This document shows, piece after piece, positions 29,182 to 39,664 of a stretch of DNA of 64,000 bases. A program made the translations under genes and the position numbers. The DNA comes from Polyangiaceae bacterium (GTDB lineage Bacteria; Myxococcota_A; Polyangia; Polyangiales; Polyangiaceae), in NCBI GenBank assembly GCA_033763455.1, contig JANRKO010000064.1, positions 11,585-75,584 of the forward strand, given 5' to 3'. Each line of letters opens with the position of its first letter. The first letter of the stretch is position 1. The notes beneath the pieces are model-generated. The model did not search any database and was not told the DNA's origin. It was given only the letters and a program-made list of their open reading frames with translations.

Positions 29182-30738
29182 GTGGGCTTGACGCACTTGT
29201 CCTCCTCGCCTTCCCTCGAAGACTTGACCGCCCCGCTCATTGCCCTGCCCTCGGCGTTGCCGCGCGAGGAGCGGCCCCGCGTGCTCGTGGTGGACGACGA
29301 GAAGTTTATCCGCGACATCTTGGCGGACTTCTTGGGAATGGAGGGCTACACGGTACGCACCGCGGAGGACGGCCAAAGTGCCATGCGTGAGCTCGAAAGG
29401 GCTAAATACGATCTGGTGATTACGGATCTCAAGATGCCAAAAATGGGCGGCATCGAATTGCTGAAAGAACTCTCAACACACTACCCCGACACGCTGGCCA
29501 TCATCATGACCGGCTTTGGCACGGTTGAGACAGCCATCGATGCTATGAAAAAGGGTGCGTACGATTACGTGCTGAAGCCCTTCAAAGTCCAAGAGATCTT
29601 GCACATCGCCGAGCGCGGCCTGGAAAAGCAACGCCTGGCCGCAGAGAATCTCAAGCTGCGCGAGGCCCTCTCGCTCTACAAAGTGTCCGAAGCCATAGCT
29701 TCGAGCCTTTCGCTCGACGAAGTAGTGGCAACCCTGGAAGCAAGCGCCCTTGAGGAGCTCCGAGCAGATCTCGTAATGACGTGGCTCGATGACGGGCGTG
29801 GTGGTTTTTTTGAACGCGCAGCCAAATGCACGGCGGACTATCCGAGCGAAGAAATCCTCGGAAAGCTGGAGGGCAATGAGGTAGTACGGCGCCTCAAAGA
29901 GGGAGAAATCGTTCTCGTAAATGGTCAGAAAGCGGCAGTGCTCTTTGAGGCTCAACCGCCCCGTGGTGCGCACAGCGTGCTCATCGTTCCGCTCAAGATG
30001 CAGCAGCGATTGCTAGGCTTTATTGCAGTCGTATCGGTGACACCGAGTAAGCGTTTTGAAGAAGGCCAGCGCAAGCTCCTCAGCATTACGGCTTCGCGCG
30101 CAGCAGCCGCCATCGAAAATGCTCGGCTCTATGGAGATTTGCAAGCCACCTTCCAGCAAACGATCCAAAGCCTCGCCAACACCATCGACAAGATGGATCG
30201 CTACACTGCCGGGCATTCGCAGCGCGTGGCGCGTTACGCCGTAAAGCTTGCCGGCTGGATTGGCCTCTCGCCCGAAGAAGTGGAAACGGTGCGGCAGGCC
30301 GCGCTCATGCACGACATCGGCAAGATAGGCTGCGTGATGAACCTTAACAAGCCAGGCAAGCTCACCCAAGATGAGTATGAAGTGTTCAAGAAACATCCGG
30401 CGCACGGCCGGGAGATCCTCGATCCAATTCGTTTCTTGGAGCCGGTAATCCCTGGGGTGCACCTGCACCACGAACGTTGGGACGGCCGAGGCTATCCGCT
30501 CGGCCTTTCAGGGAAGAACATCCCCTTGATAGCCCGCATCATCTCCGTGGCAGATACCTACGACGCCATGACTAGCGATCGCGCCTACCGCCGCGCATTG
30601 CCTCACGAAGTGACCATCAACGAAATCGAACGCTGCTCGACCCTGCAGTTTGATCCGGACATGGTGGGCATTTTTACGGAGAACATCGATACGCTGCGCG
30701 AGCAGCTGCGTGCGACGGGCGTCGAGATCCCTGAGTAG
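29182..30738 (+). CDS. REC-GAF-HD-GYP cyclic dinucleotide phosphodiesterase
   Basis: REC (VVDDE, TDLKMP), GAF, HDIGK, HHERWDGRGYP, ADTYDAMTSDRAYR. Confidence 0.92.
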   Translation: MGLTHLSSSPSLEDLTAPLIALPSALPREERPRVLVVDDEKFIRDILADFLGMEGYTVRTAEDGQSAMRELERAKYDLVITDLKMPKMGGIELLKELSTHYPDTLAIIMTGFGTVETAIDAMKKGAYDYVLKPFKVQEILHIAERGLEKQRLAAENLKLREALSLYKVSEAIASSLSLDEVVATLEASALEELRADLVMTWLDDGRGGFFERAAKCTADYPSEEILGKLEGNEVVRRLKEGEIVLVNGQKAAVLFEAQPPRGAHSVLIVPLKMQQRLLGFIAVVSVTPSKRFEEGQRKLLSITASRAAAAIENARLYGDLQATFQQTIQSLANTIDKMDRYTAGHSQRVARYAVKLAGWIGLSPEEVETVRQAALMHDIGKIGCVMNLNKPGKLTQDEYEVFKKHPAHGREILDPIRFLEPVIPGVHLHHERWDGRGYPLGLSGKNIPLIARIISVADTYDAMTSDRAYRRALPHEVTINEIERCSTLQFDPDMVGIFTENIDTLREQLRATGVEIPE

Positions 30739-30750
30739 CCAAAAGCATTC

Positions 30751-31515
30751 TTGTTGATGAGCACACGAACGATTTTAGGCTACTGGCTCGGGCAGAGGAG
30801 CTACGCCGAATCGCTCCTATTGCAGGAGTATCTACATGCCTTGCGCCGAGAGCAGCGCATCCCAGATACCGTGCTTTTTCTCGAGCACGAGCCCGTCATC
30901 ACTCTAGGAAGAGGGGCGAAAGCAGAACACCTCTTGGCGTCAGAGGCCGAACTCGGGGAGCGTCGGGTTGCTCTCGTCAAAACGGGGCGAGGGGGAGATG
31001 TCACCTTGCACGCGCCTGGGCAGTTGGTGTGTTATCCAATTTTTGATCTTGCGCCAGATCGCCAAGACGTGCGCGCGTACGTGAATCGGCTGACCGAAGT
31101 GATGCAGGGGATCGTGGCAACCTATGGGATTTCGGCCGGTAACATACCCGGGTACGTCGGGTTATGGGTGGACGCCGATTCGCCGAGCGTTTGGCCTGGA
31201 CGTGAATCTGCGCTCACACCCAAGAAGCTGGGCGCAATTGGGGTTCGGATTTCACGCTGGGTCACCATGCATGGGTTCGCCCTCAACTTGTCGATCGATC
31301 TATCGCAGTTCAGCCTTATCGTTCCGTGCGGCATCCGAGAGTACGGAGTGACCTCGCTCAGCGCTCTTACGGGTTCAGCACCCAGTGCCTTCGAAGCCGC
31401 CGAGCTTGCGTTCGGTTTGTTCGGGCGTACCTTCCGCGCCACCATCGGGCCACTCTTCTCGCTCGAAGGGGAGGACCCACAACGGCATTTCGAGAGAACT
31501 CTAGAAGCGAGCTAG
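30751..31515 (+). CDS. lipB: Lipoyl(octanoyl) transferase
   Basis: LEHEPVITLG, RGGDVTLH, KLGAIG, HGFALN, IVPCGI. Confidence 0.95.
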   Translation: MLMSTRTILGYWLGQRSYAESLLLQEYLHALRREQRIPDTVLFLEHEPVITLGRGAKAEHLLASEAELGERRVALVKTGRGGDVTLHAPGQLVCYPIFDLAPDRQDVRAYVNRLTEVMQGIVATYGISAGNIPGYVGLWVDADSPSVWPGRESALTPKKLGAIGVRISRWVTMHGFALNLSIDLSQFSLIVPCGIREYGVTSLSALTGSAPSAFEAAELAFGLFGRTFRATIGPLFSLEGEDPQRHFERTLEAS

Positions 31516-31519
31516 GGCT

Positions 31520-32233
31520 TCAGAAGCGCGGAGAGGCTTCGGCAATCTTCGTTGTACGTAGGTACATCTGCGCGATTTTATGGTTTGGCGAGATCTGAAG
31601 CACTTCTTCGAGCTCTCTTCTTGCCTGCGCAGCTTGGCCCTCTTGCAGCAAGATGCTGGCAAAAGCGACGCGAGCTTGCACAAACTTCGGGTCGGTTTCC
31701 TTGGCGATTCTAAGGTGTTCCTTGGCTCGGTTGAGATCACCCGAATCGCGGTAGAGCACGGCCAGCTTGGTTCGAAGATCTAAAAATGTCGGCCGCAGAG
31801 CAACCGCCAATTCAAGCTCACGCGTCGCGTCCCCGACGCGGCCGATATCCGAATAGGCTTGCGCAATCTCTGCGTGCATGTTGGCAATCCGCCCCATGGC
31901 GAAAGTATCCGGTGCGTGGCCGGCACCAGTGTCGCGCAGCGCCGCGTAAAGGCCACGAGCAGCGTCGTAACGGCCAAGATCATTGTAAACCACCATGAGG
32001 TTCAAGCGCGCTTCGGTGTAGCTGGGGCTAAGCTCAACTGCTCGCTCGAAGTGCTTCTGGGCCCGCTCGAAGTCACCATTGCTGTGAGCGATCACGCCCA
32101 GCATGTTGTAGACATCGGCAAAGCGATCGTTCTGTTCCACCACCTGCCGCAGCAAATACTCGGCCTTGTCGTACTCGTTCTGCTCAAAATGTTGGCGAGC
32201 GAGAGCAAGCAGTTGCTTCAGATGTTCGTCCAT
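31520..32233 (-). CDS. Tetratricopeptide repeat protein
   Basis: Multiple TPR-like repeats (e.g. ADVYNMLGVIAH...AVELSP). Confidence 0.85.
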   Translation of the reverse strand: MDEHLKQLLALARQHFEQNEYDKAEYLLRQVVEQNDRFADVYNMLGVIAHSNGDFERAQKHFERAVELSPSYTEARLNLMVVYNDLGRYDAARGLYAALRDTGAGHAPDTFAMGRIANMHAEIAQAYSDIGRVGDATRELELAVALRPTFLDLRTKLAVLYRDSGDLNRAKEHLRIAKETDPKFVQARVAFASILLQEGQAAQARRELEEVLQISPNHKIAQMYLRTTKIAEASPRF

Positions 32234-32342
32234 GGCGCGCGCGACTGTGCCGCCAAATCCCCGCTTCGCCAAGGCGAAGAAGTCCCGGAAGCACCAACCT
32301 CTCCCCAGCCAGTGAACACTTGCTCACCCTCCGCTCATCGCT

Positions 32343-34280
32343 TTGGGTTGCTCGGCCGTCTTCTCGCTGCTACCAGGCTGGCCAGTGCCAACGTCACCGG
32401 AATCGGGTGGCCCGACGCATCTGGGCCGGATCGTAGATCCGCTGGCTGCCGAGGACCTAGAAGATGTGGCCGATTTGCCGCAAGGCTCGGTTCACCCGGT
32501 ACGGGAGCGCATGCTCGAGCGATCTCGGGCCGCCGCCGAGGCTCGCCCGCGGGAAGATTTCCCCAAAGCACGCGCCATTCGAACCACGTCGGGCCCTATT
32601 GGTCGACGTCGTCGCGGTGGCCTCTCCCCGTGGCTCCGCATCGTCTTCGGCAGTCTGATGGCGCTTGCCGTGGTGGCAACCCTCATCGCCGTAGTGATGA
32701 ACCTGAACCTCGATCAGAATCTGAGCTTGCTTGGGAAAACAACACCAAGCCCCCCATCCAGTGCGACGAGCGCTGCAGCCTCGCCAGCACCCGCGCCCAC
32801 TCGTGCTCCACCATTGCCTCCACCACCGGGCCCCTGGCGAATTGAGGACGCGAGAAACGATCCCGGCGTCAGAATATTGCGCGGCACATTCAAGGATCAG
32901 CCATTCTTGAAAGCGCTTCAAGCAGCCGGGCTCGATTTGAAGCAAGCGTATCGCGCGATGGTGGCATTGAAGGGGCAAAGGGATCTCAATCGCTGCGGCC
33001 CGCGGCACGAATTCTTGGCGCTCGTTGAACGCGGGTCGGGAACCCTCAAAGCCTTCGAATACATCGAAAACAAGGAGACCGTCTTCCAGGCAAAAACCGC
33101 ACAGAACGGCTTCCTAGTAGGCACCAAGCTCGACCTTCTGGTGCGTCGCGAGCAAACAACAGGAGCCTTGCTCCTTGGATCGGATTTCGCTGCCGCCGCG
33201 AAAGCGGGCGGATTTGATCCGAGCGTGCGGTCGGTGTTGGCGGACGCCTTGATGGGGCACGAAAGCCTTGAAGAGCTTACCGTTCCGGCCACACTCCGAA
33301 TCGTGGCCCAACAAGTAACCGTGGCGGGAGCTTTCTCTCGCTACGCGGGCATCGAAGCGCTCGAACTCAAGCAACCGAACGCAGAACCCCTGCGCCTCTA
33401 TTATTTCCGAGGCGCGCGCGTCAAAGGCTACTTTGACGCAAAGGGCCGTTCGTTCCACGAGGGCGGCTGGCGCAAACCGATACCCGGGGCATTGGTCTCT
33501 TCTCCCTTCAATCCCAAGCGGATGCACCCAGTGTTGCACAAGATCATGCCCCACAACGGGACGGACTTCGGCGCCCCAATGGGGGAGCCCGTCTACGCTT
33601 CGGCGCCCGGAACGGTCAAATCTCTTGGCCCTGCTGGGCCGAGCGGGAACCTCGTTGTTCTTGCGCATCCGGGCAACATCGAAACCGGTTACGCACACCT
33701 CTCGCGTTTTGCCGACGGGCTGAAGGTCGGGGACAAAGTGAAACGCCTGCAATTGGTCGGATATGTGGGCTCTACAGGACGCTCCACCGGGCCTCACCTC
33801 CATTTTAGTGTGAAGAAGAATGGCGTCTTCGTGGACTCTGCCACGCTTAACCTTGACGGATTAACGACTCTTCCGAGCGACGAGAAGGCGGCGTTCGAGG
33901 AACTTCGCCAAAAGTACGATGCCCAGCTCAACGCTATTCCTGTTCCGGAATTGCCCAAACCTGCGGCTCCCCCTAAAGGCGAGGCAGGTATGCCAAAGGC
34001 GGCCTCAGGCAGCGAAATTACGGCGAGTTTCGACGAGAGTGACCTCGGTTCGGGAGACACAACACCGAACGCCCCGGGGCCACCACCCGCCGCGGCGCCC
34101 CCTGCCAACAGTACGCCCCCAAGGCCTGTTGCCACCGCCACAACTCCACCGCTTCCGGCGCCAGCTCTACCATCCCCCACCGCCACCAGCCGAACTACGG
34201 GGGCGAGTGTGATCTACCTTGATGACTCTGAACTTCAGAAGCTGCAAGCGCCCAGCGACGACGGCCTCGTCGCGCCCTAG
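32343..34280 (+). CDS. M23 family peptidoglycan metallo-endopeptidase (MepM-like); start uncertain
   Basis: TM segment, HNGTDF (HxxxD), YAHLS, TGPHLHF (HxH), Pro-rich tail. Confidence 0.9.
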   Translation: MGCSAVFSLLPGWPVPTSPESGGPTHLGRIVDPLAAEDLEDVADLPQGSVHPVRERMLERSRAAAEARPREDFPKARAIRTTSGPIGRRRRGGLSPWLRIVFGSLMALAVVATLIAVVMNLNLDQNLSLLGKTTPSPPSSATSAAASPAPAPTRAPPLPPPPGPWRIEDARNDPGVRILRGTFKDQPFLKALQAAGLDLKQAYRAMVALKGQRDLNRCGPRHEFLALVERGSGTLKAFEYIENKETVFQAKTAQNGFLVGTKLDLLVRREQTTGALLLGSDFAAAAKAGGFDPSVRSVLADALMGHESLEELTVPATLRIVAQQVTVAGAFSRYAGIEALELKQPNAEPLRLYYFRGARVKGYFDAKGRSFHEGGWRKPIPGALVSSPFNPKRMHPVLHKIMPHNGTDFGAPMGEPVYASAPGTVKSLGPAGPSGNLVVLAHPGNIETGYAHLSRFADGLKVGDKVKRLQLVGYVGSTGRSTGPHLHFSVKKNGVFVDSATLNLDGLTTLPSDEKAAFEELRQKYDAQLNAIPVPELPKPAAPPKGEAGMPKAASGSEITASFDESDLGSGDTTPNAPGPPPAAAPPANSTPPRPVATATTPPLPAPALPSPTATSRTTGASVIYLDDSELQKLQAPSDDGLVAP

Positions 34281-35869
34281 GAAGCCGGCGCCACGTTGGG
34301 TGGAGTCCGCGTTTCTCCACGGAGCCTGGCGGAGAGCGTGAAGCAAAACACACTGCCTGAGGGAGCGGCTTCTTCCACCCAAGCTTTGCCGCCGTGAGCT
34401 TCAGCGATGTGTTTCACCAACGCAAGCCCAATCCCACTGCCGCGCGTGCGTCTTTCGGAGGCGTCTTTGCCACGGACAAAGCGATCGAAGATCCGCTTGC
34501 GCTCATCTGGCAAAATCCCGCGCCCTCGGTCCTTAACGCGCACCTCGATGAAGGCCCCGACCTCGCGCACGCTCACCGTCACCTTCTTTCCCGCCGCCGC
34601 GTATTTCAACGCGTTGTCGATTAGGTTGATAACTGCGATCTCAATGGCTCGTTCATCGAGCTCCACCAGCGGCAAACCTTCCGGAATATCGAGCTCGATG
34701 ACTACTGATTCCTGCTCGGCGCGCAAGCGGCACGCATCCACAGCCCGCAAGACTGCGTCCGCTGGGGCGCACGGAGTAAAATCATAAGCAGCTTTCCCGC
34801 GCTCTACCTTAGCAAAATCCAACACATTCTCGATGAGTGCCCCAAGGCGTTCGCTTTCGTTCACAATGATGCGCAAATATTGGTCGCGCTTTTCGTCGCT
34901 CTCAACGCGCCCGCTTTGCAGAAGCTCCCCAAACATTCGAACCAGAGAGAGTGGCGTTTTGAGTTCATGCGAAACGTTAGCCACAAAATCGCTCTTGAGA
35001 TTCGAAAGATTCCGTTCGCGCGCGGCCGCCACCAAGATCACAATCACCCCGGCAATCACCACCAAACCAGAAAGCGAGAGGAGCGCTACCTCCACGATAC
35101 GCCGACGAGCCACCGCTGCCCCCAACTCTTCGGCGGAGTTCATGGTGACATTGAGACGCCACTTGTAGAGTGTGGTTTCGAACTGACGCCCGAGTGTGAG
35201 GCCCCCACGGCTGAGTGGTGGGCCGTAGATGATGCGGCCATCAGCATCGACGACATTGACGCGGCTCTGCTGATCTGACTCAGGATAAAGGCTAGGGAAA
35301 AGTTCGTGGATGACACGTGGAACGTCGTGCCACAAGACCACCATGTACCGTCGCCCGTTGATCGACCGCTCCCAGTGGCTCACAAGATAACTCTGACCTT
35401 CGTAGCTCTTGTGCAAATGCCGAAGCTCATCCCCGTTGGGCTCACCGAGCTTCATGTCACCCAGCATGCTTCCCACGAGCAAACGCCTGAAATGCTCGTC
35501 CTCTAGCCCGGGGGCACGCGACGCGAATGCCACCACCTCGCGCCCCGGTGCCGTGAGATCAACTAGTAGCACCGCACGAATCGTTGGCGTCTGGATGTCC
35601 GCAACTTCAAGCCAAGAGTCACCCAAATCCTGGCGCCGGGAGACATCAATCAGTGATTTTACCGCGTTATCTTGCTCGATAATGCGTTTGTCGAGCCTGT
35701 CTGCGCGCTCGTTTGCTAAAGCGAGCGTCGCCTCCAGCACCGACTGTGAGCGCAATTTTTCGAGCTGAAAACTGCTGCGGAACATAACGCCCATCAGCAC
35801 CAGCTCAGCCAAAACGATGACGGGGAGCAAAAAGAACGTGAGCAGCCGTTCCTGAGTTCGTTCCGCCAC
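34277..35869 (-). CDS. Orphan membrane sensor histidine kinase
   Basis: 2 TM, VSHELKTP, NLIDNALKY, GSGIGL. Confidence 0.92.
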   Translation of the reverse strand: MAERTQERLLTFFLLPVIVLAELVLMGVMFRSSFQLEKLRSQSVLEATLALANERADRLDKRIIEQDNAVKSLIDVSRRQDLGDSWLEVADIQTPTIRAVLLVDLTAPGREVVAFASRAPGLEDEHFRRLLVGSMLGDMKLGEPNGDELRHLHKSYEGQSYLVSHWERSINGRRYMVVLWHDVPRVIHELFPSLYPESDQQSRVNVVDADGRIIYGPPLSRGGLTLGRQFETTLYKWRLNVTMNSAEELGAAVARRRIVEVALLSLSGLVVIAGVIVILVAAARERNLSNLKSDFVANVSHELKTPLSLVRMFGELLQSGRVESDEKRDQYLRIIVNESERLGALIENVLDFAKVERGKAAYDFTPCAPADAVLRAVDACRLRAEQESVVIELDIPEGLPLVELDERAIEIAVINLIDNALKYAAAGKKVTVSVREVGAFIEVRVKDRGRGILPDERKRIFDRFVRGKDASERRTRGSGIGLALVKHIAEAHGGKAWVEEAAPSGSVFCFTLSARLRGETRTPPNVAPAS

Positions 35870-35990
35870 GCCCGGAAGACTAGCGAAGCACTCGGCTCAG
35901 CGCACCCTCCCCGCGACACCCCCAATGGCGATCCCCTGGGTGAGCCCCGCTGGCAGCCACCGAGGCCGGGGCGACCACCGGGCTACGACC

Positions 35991-37256
35991 CTAGCGCTTC
36001 GGAGGAGGCTGACTCAGCACGACTTCGGCATCGAGCACAATGGGCCTGTCGGCAAGGAATTGCGCGAAGCGCTCCCCGATATACGAAAGGGCATTCAGCT
36101 CGTTCTCAAAGAACTCGCCGCCATCTGCTGGATCGGCCAGCTCCAAAAGCCCGAGGTACCGACCCCCAAGGCGAACGGGCACCAGCACAACCTTGGACGG
36201 AGCGAACTCCAAAACCTGCCAGCGCGCTTGCCCCCCCGCATCCGTCAACAGGGTGGGAGCATCCCGGCGCATAGCACCCACGACCCAAGGCTCCCGATCC
36301 GATATGCGCGACAAAAGCGCGCGTTCGTGCCTTTCCCCGCTGGCGCGAACCAACACGAACTCGTTCGCGTTGATATCGAACACGTGCACGAGACAATACT
36401 TCACCGGGATGAGCTTCGATGTGACACCCAGCACGAACTCAGCCCCTTCGGTGACACCCCGTTGATACGAAAGCTCGTGCATCGTGTCGAAAAGATCCGA
36501 CACCAAATCCGCGACGGGATCACGAGGTTGGGCGTGAATCACCGGAGCCAGAGCTTGGGCGTGAATCACCGGAGCCGCGACGGCAACTCCCGGAACAGGG
36601 GCCTCGGTGGCCGCCGGCCCCTCCACTTTAGGCAGCCGGCTCGCGGGGGGAACCGAAACCGCTGGCACACTGACCGCACCGAACGGCCACTGGCTAACGC
36701 GCGACGGCTCAGAAGGAAACGCCAACGTAGGTGCGCCTCTCCAATCCTTCCAGATTAACACCGCCAACGGTGCCCGTTCGGGGGCGTCCGTGAACGAGTG
36801 ATCGAACGCCGCCAACTGAATGAACTTTCGCCCCGGGGTAGACTCAAGCGCCGCGATGATTTCGCGCGACTTACCCCAGAGCAGCCGCTCTACCTGCGCA
36901 AGGTCCAAACCAGGCGCCACAGCATACGCGTACTCTTGGTAACAGAAGGCCACCTCTTCGGTGGGCTGAAGTTCGCGCTTGGCCACAAGCGTGTGGTTCG
37001 GCAGCGGGTCGACAACATCCGGGGAGATTGTTCCGGGCTCTTCAGAAGGGAAAGCCGACGGAGCGCCCACCGAGGGAGCTGGAGCTGAGGCCGAACGTTC
37101 ACGCATGGGGGTGCGTGGCGATAATGGCCCGCGGTCCGCGCTTTGCAACCCCGCGCTTTCGGATTCGAACACAATCCCGGGCTGGGACGGTGGCCCGGAT
37201 GAGATTTTTTTGTGGCCCTGAGGTGGCACAGATAGAGTTTCCGAATTGCTTTGCAT
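35991..37256 (-). CDS. GAF domain-containing protein
   Basis: C-terminal GAF-like segment (LVPVRLGGRYLGLLEL...ELNALSYIG); unknown central domain. Confidence 0.7.
   Translation of the reverse strand: MQSNSETLSVPPQGHKKISSGPPSQPGIVFESESAGLQSADRGPLSPRTPMRERSASAPAPSVGAPSAFPSEEPGTISPDVVDPLPNHTLVAKRELQPTEEVAFCYQEYAYAVAPGLDLAQVERLLWGKSREIIAALESTPGRKFIQLAAFDHSFTDAPERAPLAVLIWKDWRGAPTLAFPSEPSRVSQWPFGAVSVPAVSVPPASRLPKVEGPAATEAPVPGVAVAAPVIHAQALAPVIHAQPRDPVADLVSDLFDTMHELSYQRGVTEGAEFVLGVTSKLIPVKYCLVHVFDINANEFVLVRASGERHERALLSRISDREPWVVGAMRRDAPTLLTDAGGQARWQVLEFAPSKVVLVPVRLGGRYLGLLELADPADGGEFFENELNALSYIGERFAQFLADRPIVLDAEVVLSQPPPKR
36528..36576 (-). repeat. 27-bp coding tandem duplication (APVIHAQ twice)
   Basis: TTGGGCGTGAATCACCGGAGCC at 36528 and 36555. 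Confidence 0.85.
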
Positions 37257-37435
37257 CGAAGAAGGTACCCAACGGGGAGGCTAGCCGTTGACTTAGGTAG
37301 TTGCCCAACACAAAGCAAACAGCTCATGCAAAAAAACGTGCATTTATCGAGTACACATTGCCGAAACATCCCGTGCTCAGGGCGCTGGCCGAGCTGTTGT
37401 GGAAGCCACCGGCATGGTACACGGGCGTGCTTTTC

Positions 37436-39610
37436 ATGAAGCAACAGTTAACCAGCGCATTGCGCTTGACGCGGCAAACATTAAAAAACGCGCGAGTTGA
37501 GCCCTACATCTATGCATTGTTCGCGGGAACCTGCGTCCTTCTGGCCGCCTGCTGGTTCTACTCTTCAATGAGACTGCAAACGCTCTACTCCATAGCCTGG
37601 GACGACCCGCGTTTTTCGAGCTGGATAGAAGGAGGCCGGGAACCCCGCATGGGGCCGTGGTCGGCCCCGCTGGACGACGTATTTATTCACTTCGATTTTG
37701 CGCGCTCCATTGCACGCGGGCATCCCTTTGAGTGGTCCGTGGGGAATGGCTATTCGAGTGGTGACACGAGCCTACTCTATCCGTTCGTACTGGCTATAGG
37801 TTACCTACTCGGCTTTCACGGCAACCTCATGTATTTTGCTGCGCTCGTTGCCTGTGTGAGCGTCTTTGCGGGGCTTCTGGCCGCACGCCAAATGTATCTC
37901 TCACTGCCGCGCTACACATCTTATGTGGCGCCCATTGTGCTCCTCAGCGTAGGGGCGCTGAATTGGTCTTTTTTTAGCGGGATGGAAGTCGCTTTTTTCT
38001 TAGGGCTCTGGGGCGCAGCGTTCACCATCTGGGATCACGCTTGCCGGAGTAGTCGGGAGTCGGGCGTACCTTGGGGGGCCCTTTTTGCACTCGGGCTTGC
38101 AAATGCGTTGCTCGTGGGCACTCGCCCCGAGGCGGTTACCTGCGTAGCCGTGCTCAGCATCAGCGTTACCTTGGCGCTCTGGAACAAGCTGAACGTATCC
38201 CGTGGGCTCGGCGTGTTGGCATGCGCAGTCCTTCCCGGGGCCATCGTGGTTCTAGGCCAGAGCCTTGCTAACTACATCTTCACTGGAGAAACGGCAGCGG
38301 CGGGCGCGATCGCCAAGCTGGAGATCCACCACCCTTACCTAACGCTGAGAGAGGTGTGGGATTCGTGGCAGTTCCACCTCGTTTACCAATTCAACCGGGT
38401 CACTAACTACCACTTCTCTGAAGCACCACGGGTGGGCTTCATTGTTTGGATACTGGCAGCGATTCCGCTCATCCTGCCGGGCACGCGCCGCGTAGCGCTC
38501 ATGCTGTGGGTCAACATCGTGCTATGGGGCTCGGTTGTGGCTCTCAATGGCCAAGTGCGGTGGCAAAACGAGCGCTACGCTATGCCCGCTGTTGCATGGC
38601 TCTTGCTGTTGGCGGCGCTTGGCCTTGCGATCCTGCTTGATCTCGGCGTGCGCGGTATTGTTGAGCAAAGGGCGAGCGCGGTTGCTGCCGGTGTGCTCGG
38701 AGTTGCCGCCGTCGGGGTTTTCGCCACCTTTCAGGCGGCCCGCTTTCGGGACCAAGTGTGGTTTTTCGGGCGCGCATCGCGCAACATTTGGGACCAACAT
38801 GTCGCGGTAGGGCGCCTCTTGAGAGATCAGCTCAAGCCCGAACGCGTGCTGGTGGGGGATGCCGGCGCGATTCCCTATGTCGCTGACCTTCCTGCGCTCG
38901 ACATCATTGGGCTCGGGGGCTACTCAGATTTGCCGTTCGCTCGCGCCACGCGTTTAGGAGTTGCCGCGGCTATCGAATTGTTGGAGCGCTTGCCCAACGA
39001 AGAAAGGCCAGATCTTCTGGCCATCTACCCCTCCTGGTGGGGGGATTTTCCGTTGTGGTTCGGCAATGAAATTGCCGAGGTTCCGGTGCGCGGGAACGTC
39101 ATCGCAGGCGGCGCGAGCAAAGTTATCTACTCTCCCGATTGGTCACCGCTCTGGCTCAGTGATCAGCCTCACAGGTTAGCATCTGGTGAGGTTGTGGATT
39201 CGCTGGATTTCGCTGATCTGGTGAATGAACGCGCCCACGCTTATCGAAAGCCGGAGAGGAAAGCCGGCTACGTGAGCATGAAGATCCTCACCTACGCCGA
39301 TAGCCCCCACGCCCCAGTTTGGGATGCGGGGCGGGTCGCCACCCCCCTTGAGTCTCTGCAATTTTCGCTAAAGCCGCTCCACACGGGCAAGCCTGCTCGG
39401 TTAGTGCTGCGGGCAGCCCCTATACACCCTGAAACGTTTGAGCTGCGCGTGAATGGGCAGCCCATTCCAACCCCTACCCTCTCCCCGTCAGATGCCTGGC
39501 AAGACATTGAGGTGCCGCTCGCTCAAGATGTTGTAGCGCCAACATTGGAAATTGAGTTGAAATCACGCACGCATACCATCACGTGGTACCACCTTTGGCT
39601 TGTGCAGTGA
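37436..39610 (+). CDS. Multi-pass membrane protein, putative GT-C fold glycosyltransferase
   Basis: PLDDVFIH acidic loop after the first TM, SGME, TRPE, many TMs, C-terminal soluble domain; start uncertain. Confidence 0.65.
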   Translation: MKQQLTSALRLTRQTLKNARVEPYIYALFAGTCVLLAACWFYSSMRLQTLYSIAWDDPRFSSWIEGGREPRMGPWSAPLDDVFIHFDFARSIARGHPFEWSVGNGYSSGDTSLLYPFVLAIGYLLGFHGNLMYFAALVACVSVFAGLLAARQMYLSLPRYTSYVAPIVLLSVGALNWSFFSGMEVAFFLGLWGAAFTIWDHACRSSRESGVPWGALFALGLANALLVGTRPEAVTCVAVLSISVTLALWNKLNVSRGLGVLACAVLPGAIVVLGQSLANYIFTGETAAAGAIAKLEIHHPYLTLREVWDSWQFHLVYQFNRVTNYHFSEAPRVGFIVWILAAIPLILPGTRRVALMLWVNIVLWGSVVALNGQVRWQNERYAMPAVAWLLLLAALGLAILLDLGVRGIVEQRASAVAAGVLGVAAVGVFATFQAARFRDQVWFFGRASRNIWDQHVAVGRLLRDQLKPERVLVGDAGAIPYVADLPALDIIGLGGYSDLPFARATRLGVAAAIELLERLPNEERPDLLAIYPSWWGDFPLWFGNEIAEVPVRGNVIAGGASKVIYSPDWSPLWLSDQPHRLASGEVVDSLDFADLVNERAHAYRKPERKAGYVSMKILTYADSPHAPVWDAGRVATPLESLQFSLKPLHTGKPARLVLRAAPIHPETFELRVNGQPIPTPTLSPSDAWQDIEVPLAQDVVAPTLEIELKSRTHTITWYHLWLVQ

Positions 39611-39664
39611 GTTCAGTGTGAGTGCGCGCCTGAGGCTGGCTCTGGATCGTTCGGTGAGGACAAG

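Noticed and set aside
31859..32845. 328-aa plus-strand ORF and similar long alternative-frame ORFs across the window
   Set aside because: They overlap well-supported genes and lack motifs, as expected in GC-rich DNA.
37415..37432. Sigma54 promoter before the GT-C gene (TGGTAC...TGC)
   Set aside because: GG-to-GC spacing is 11 nt rather than the required 10.
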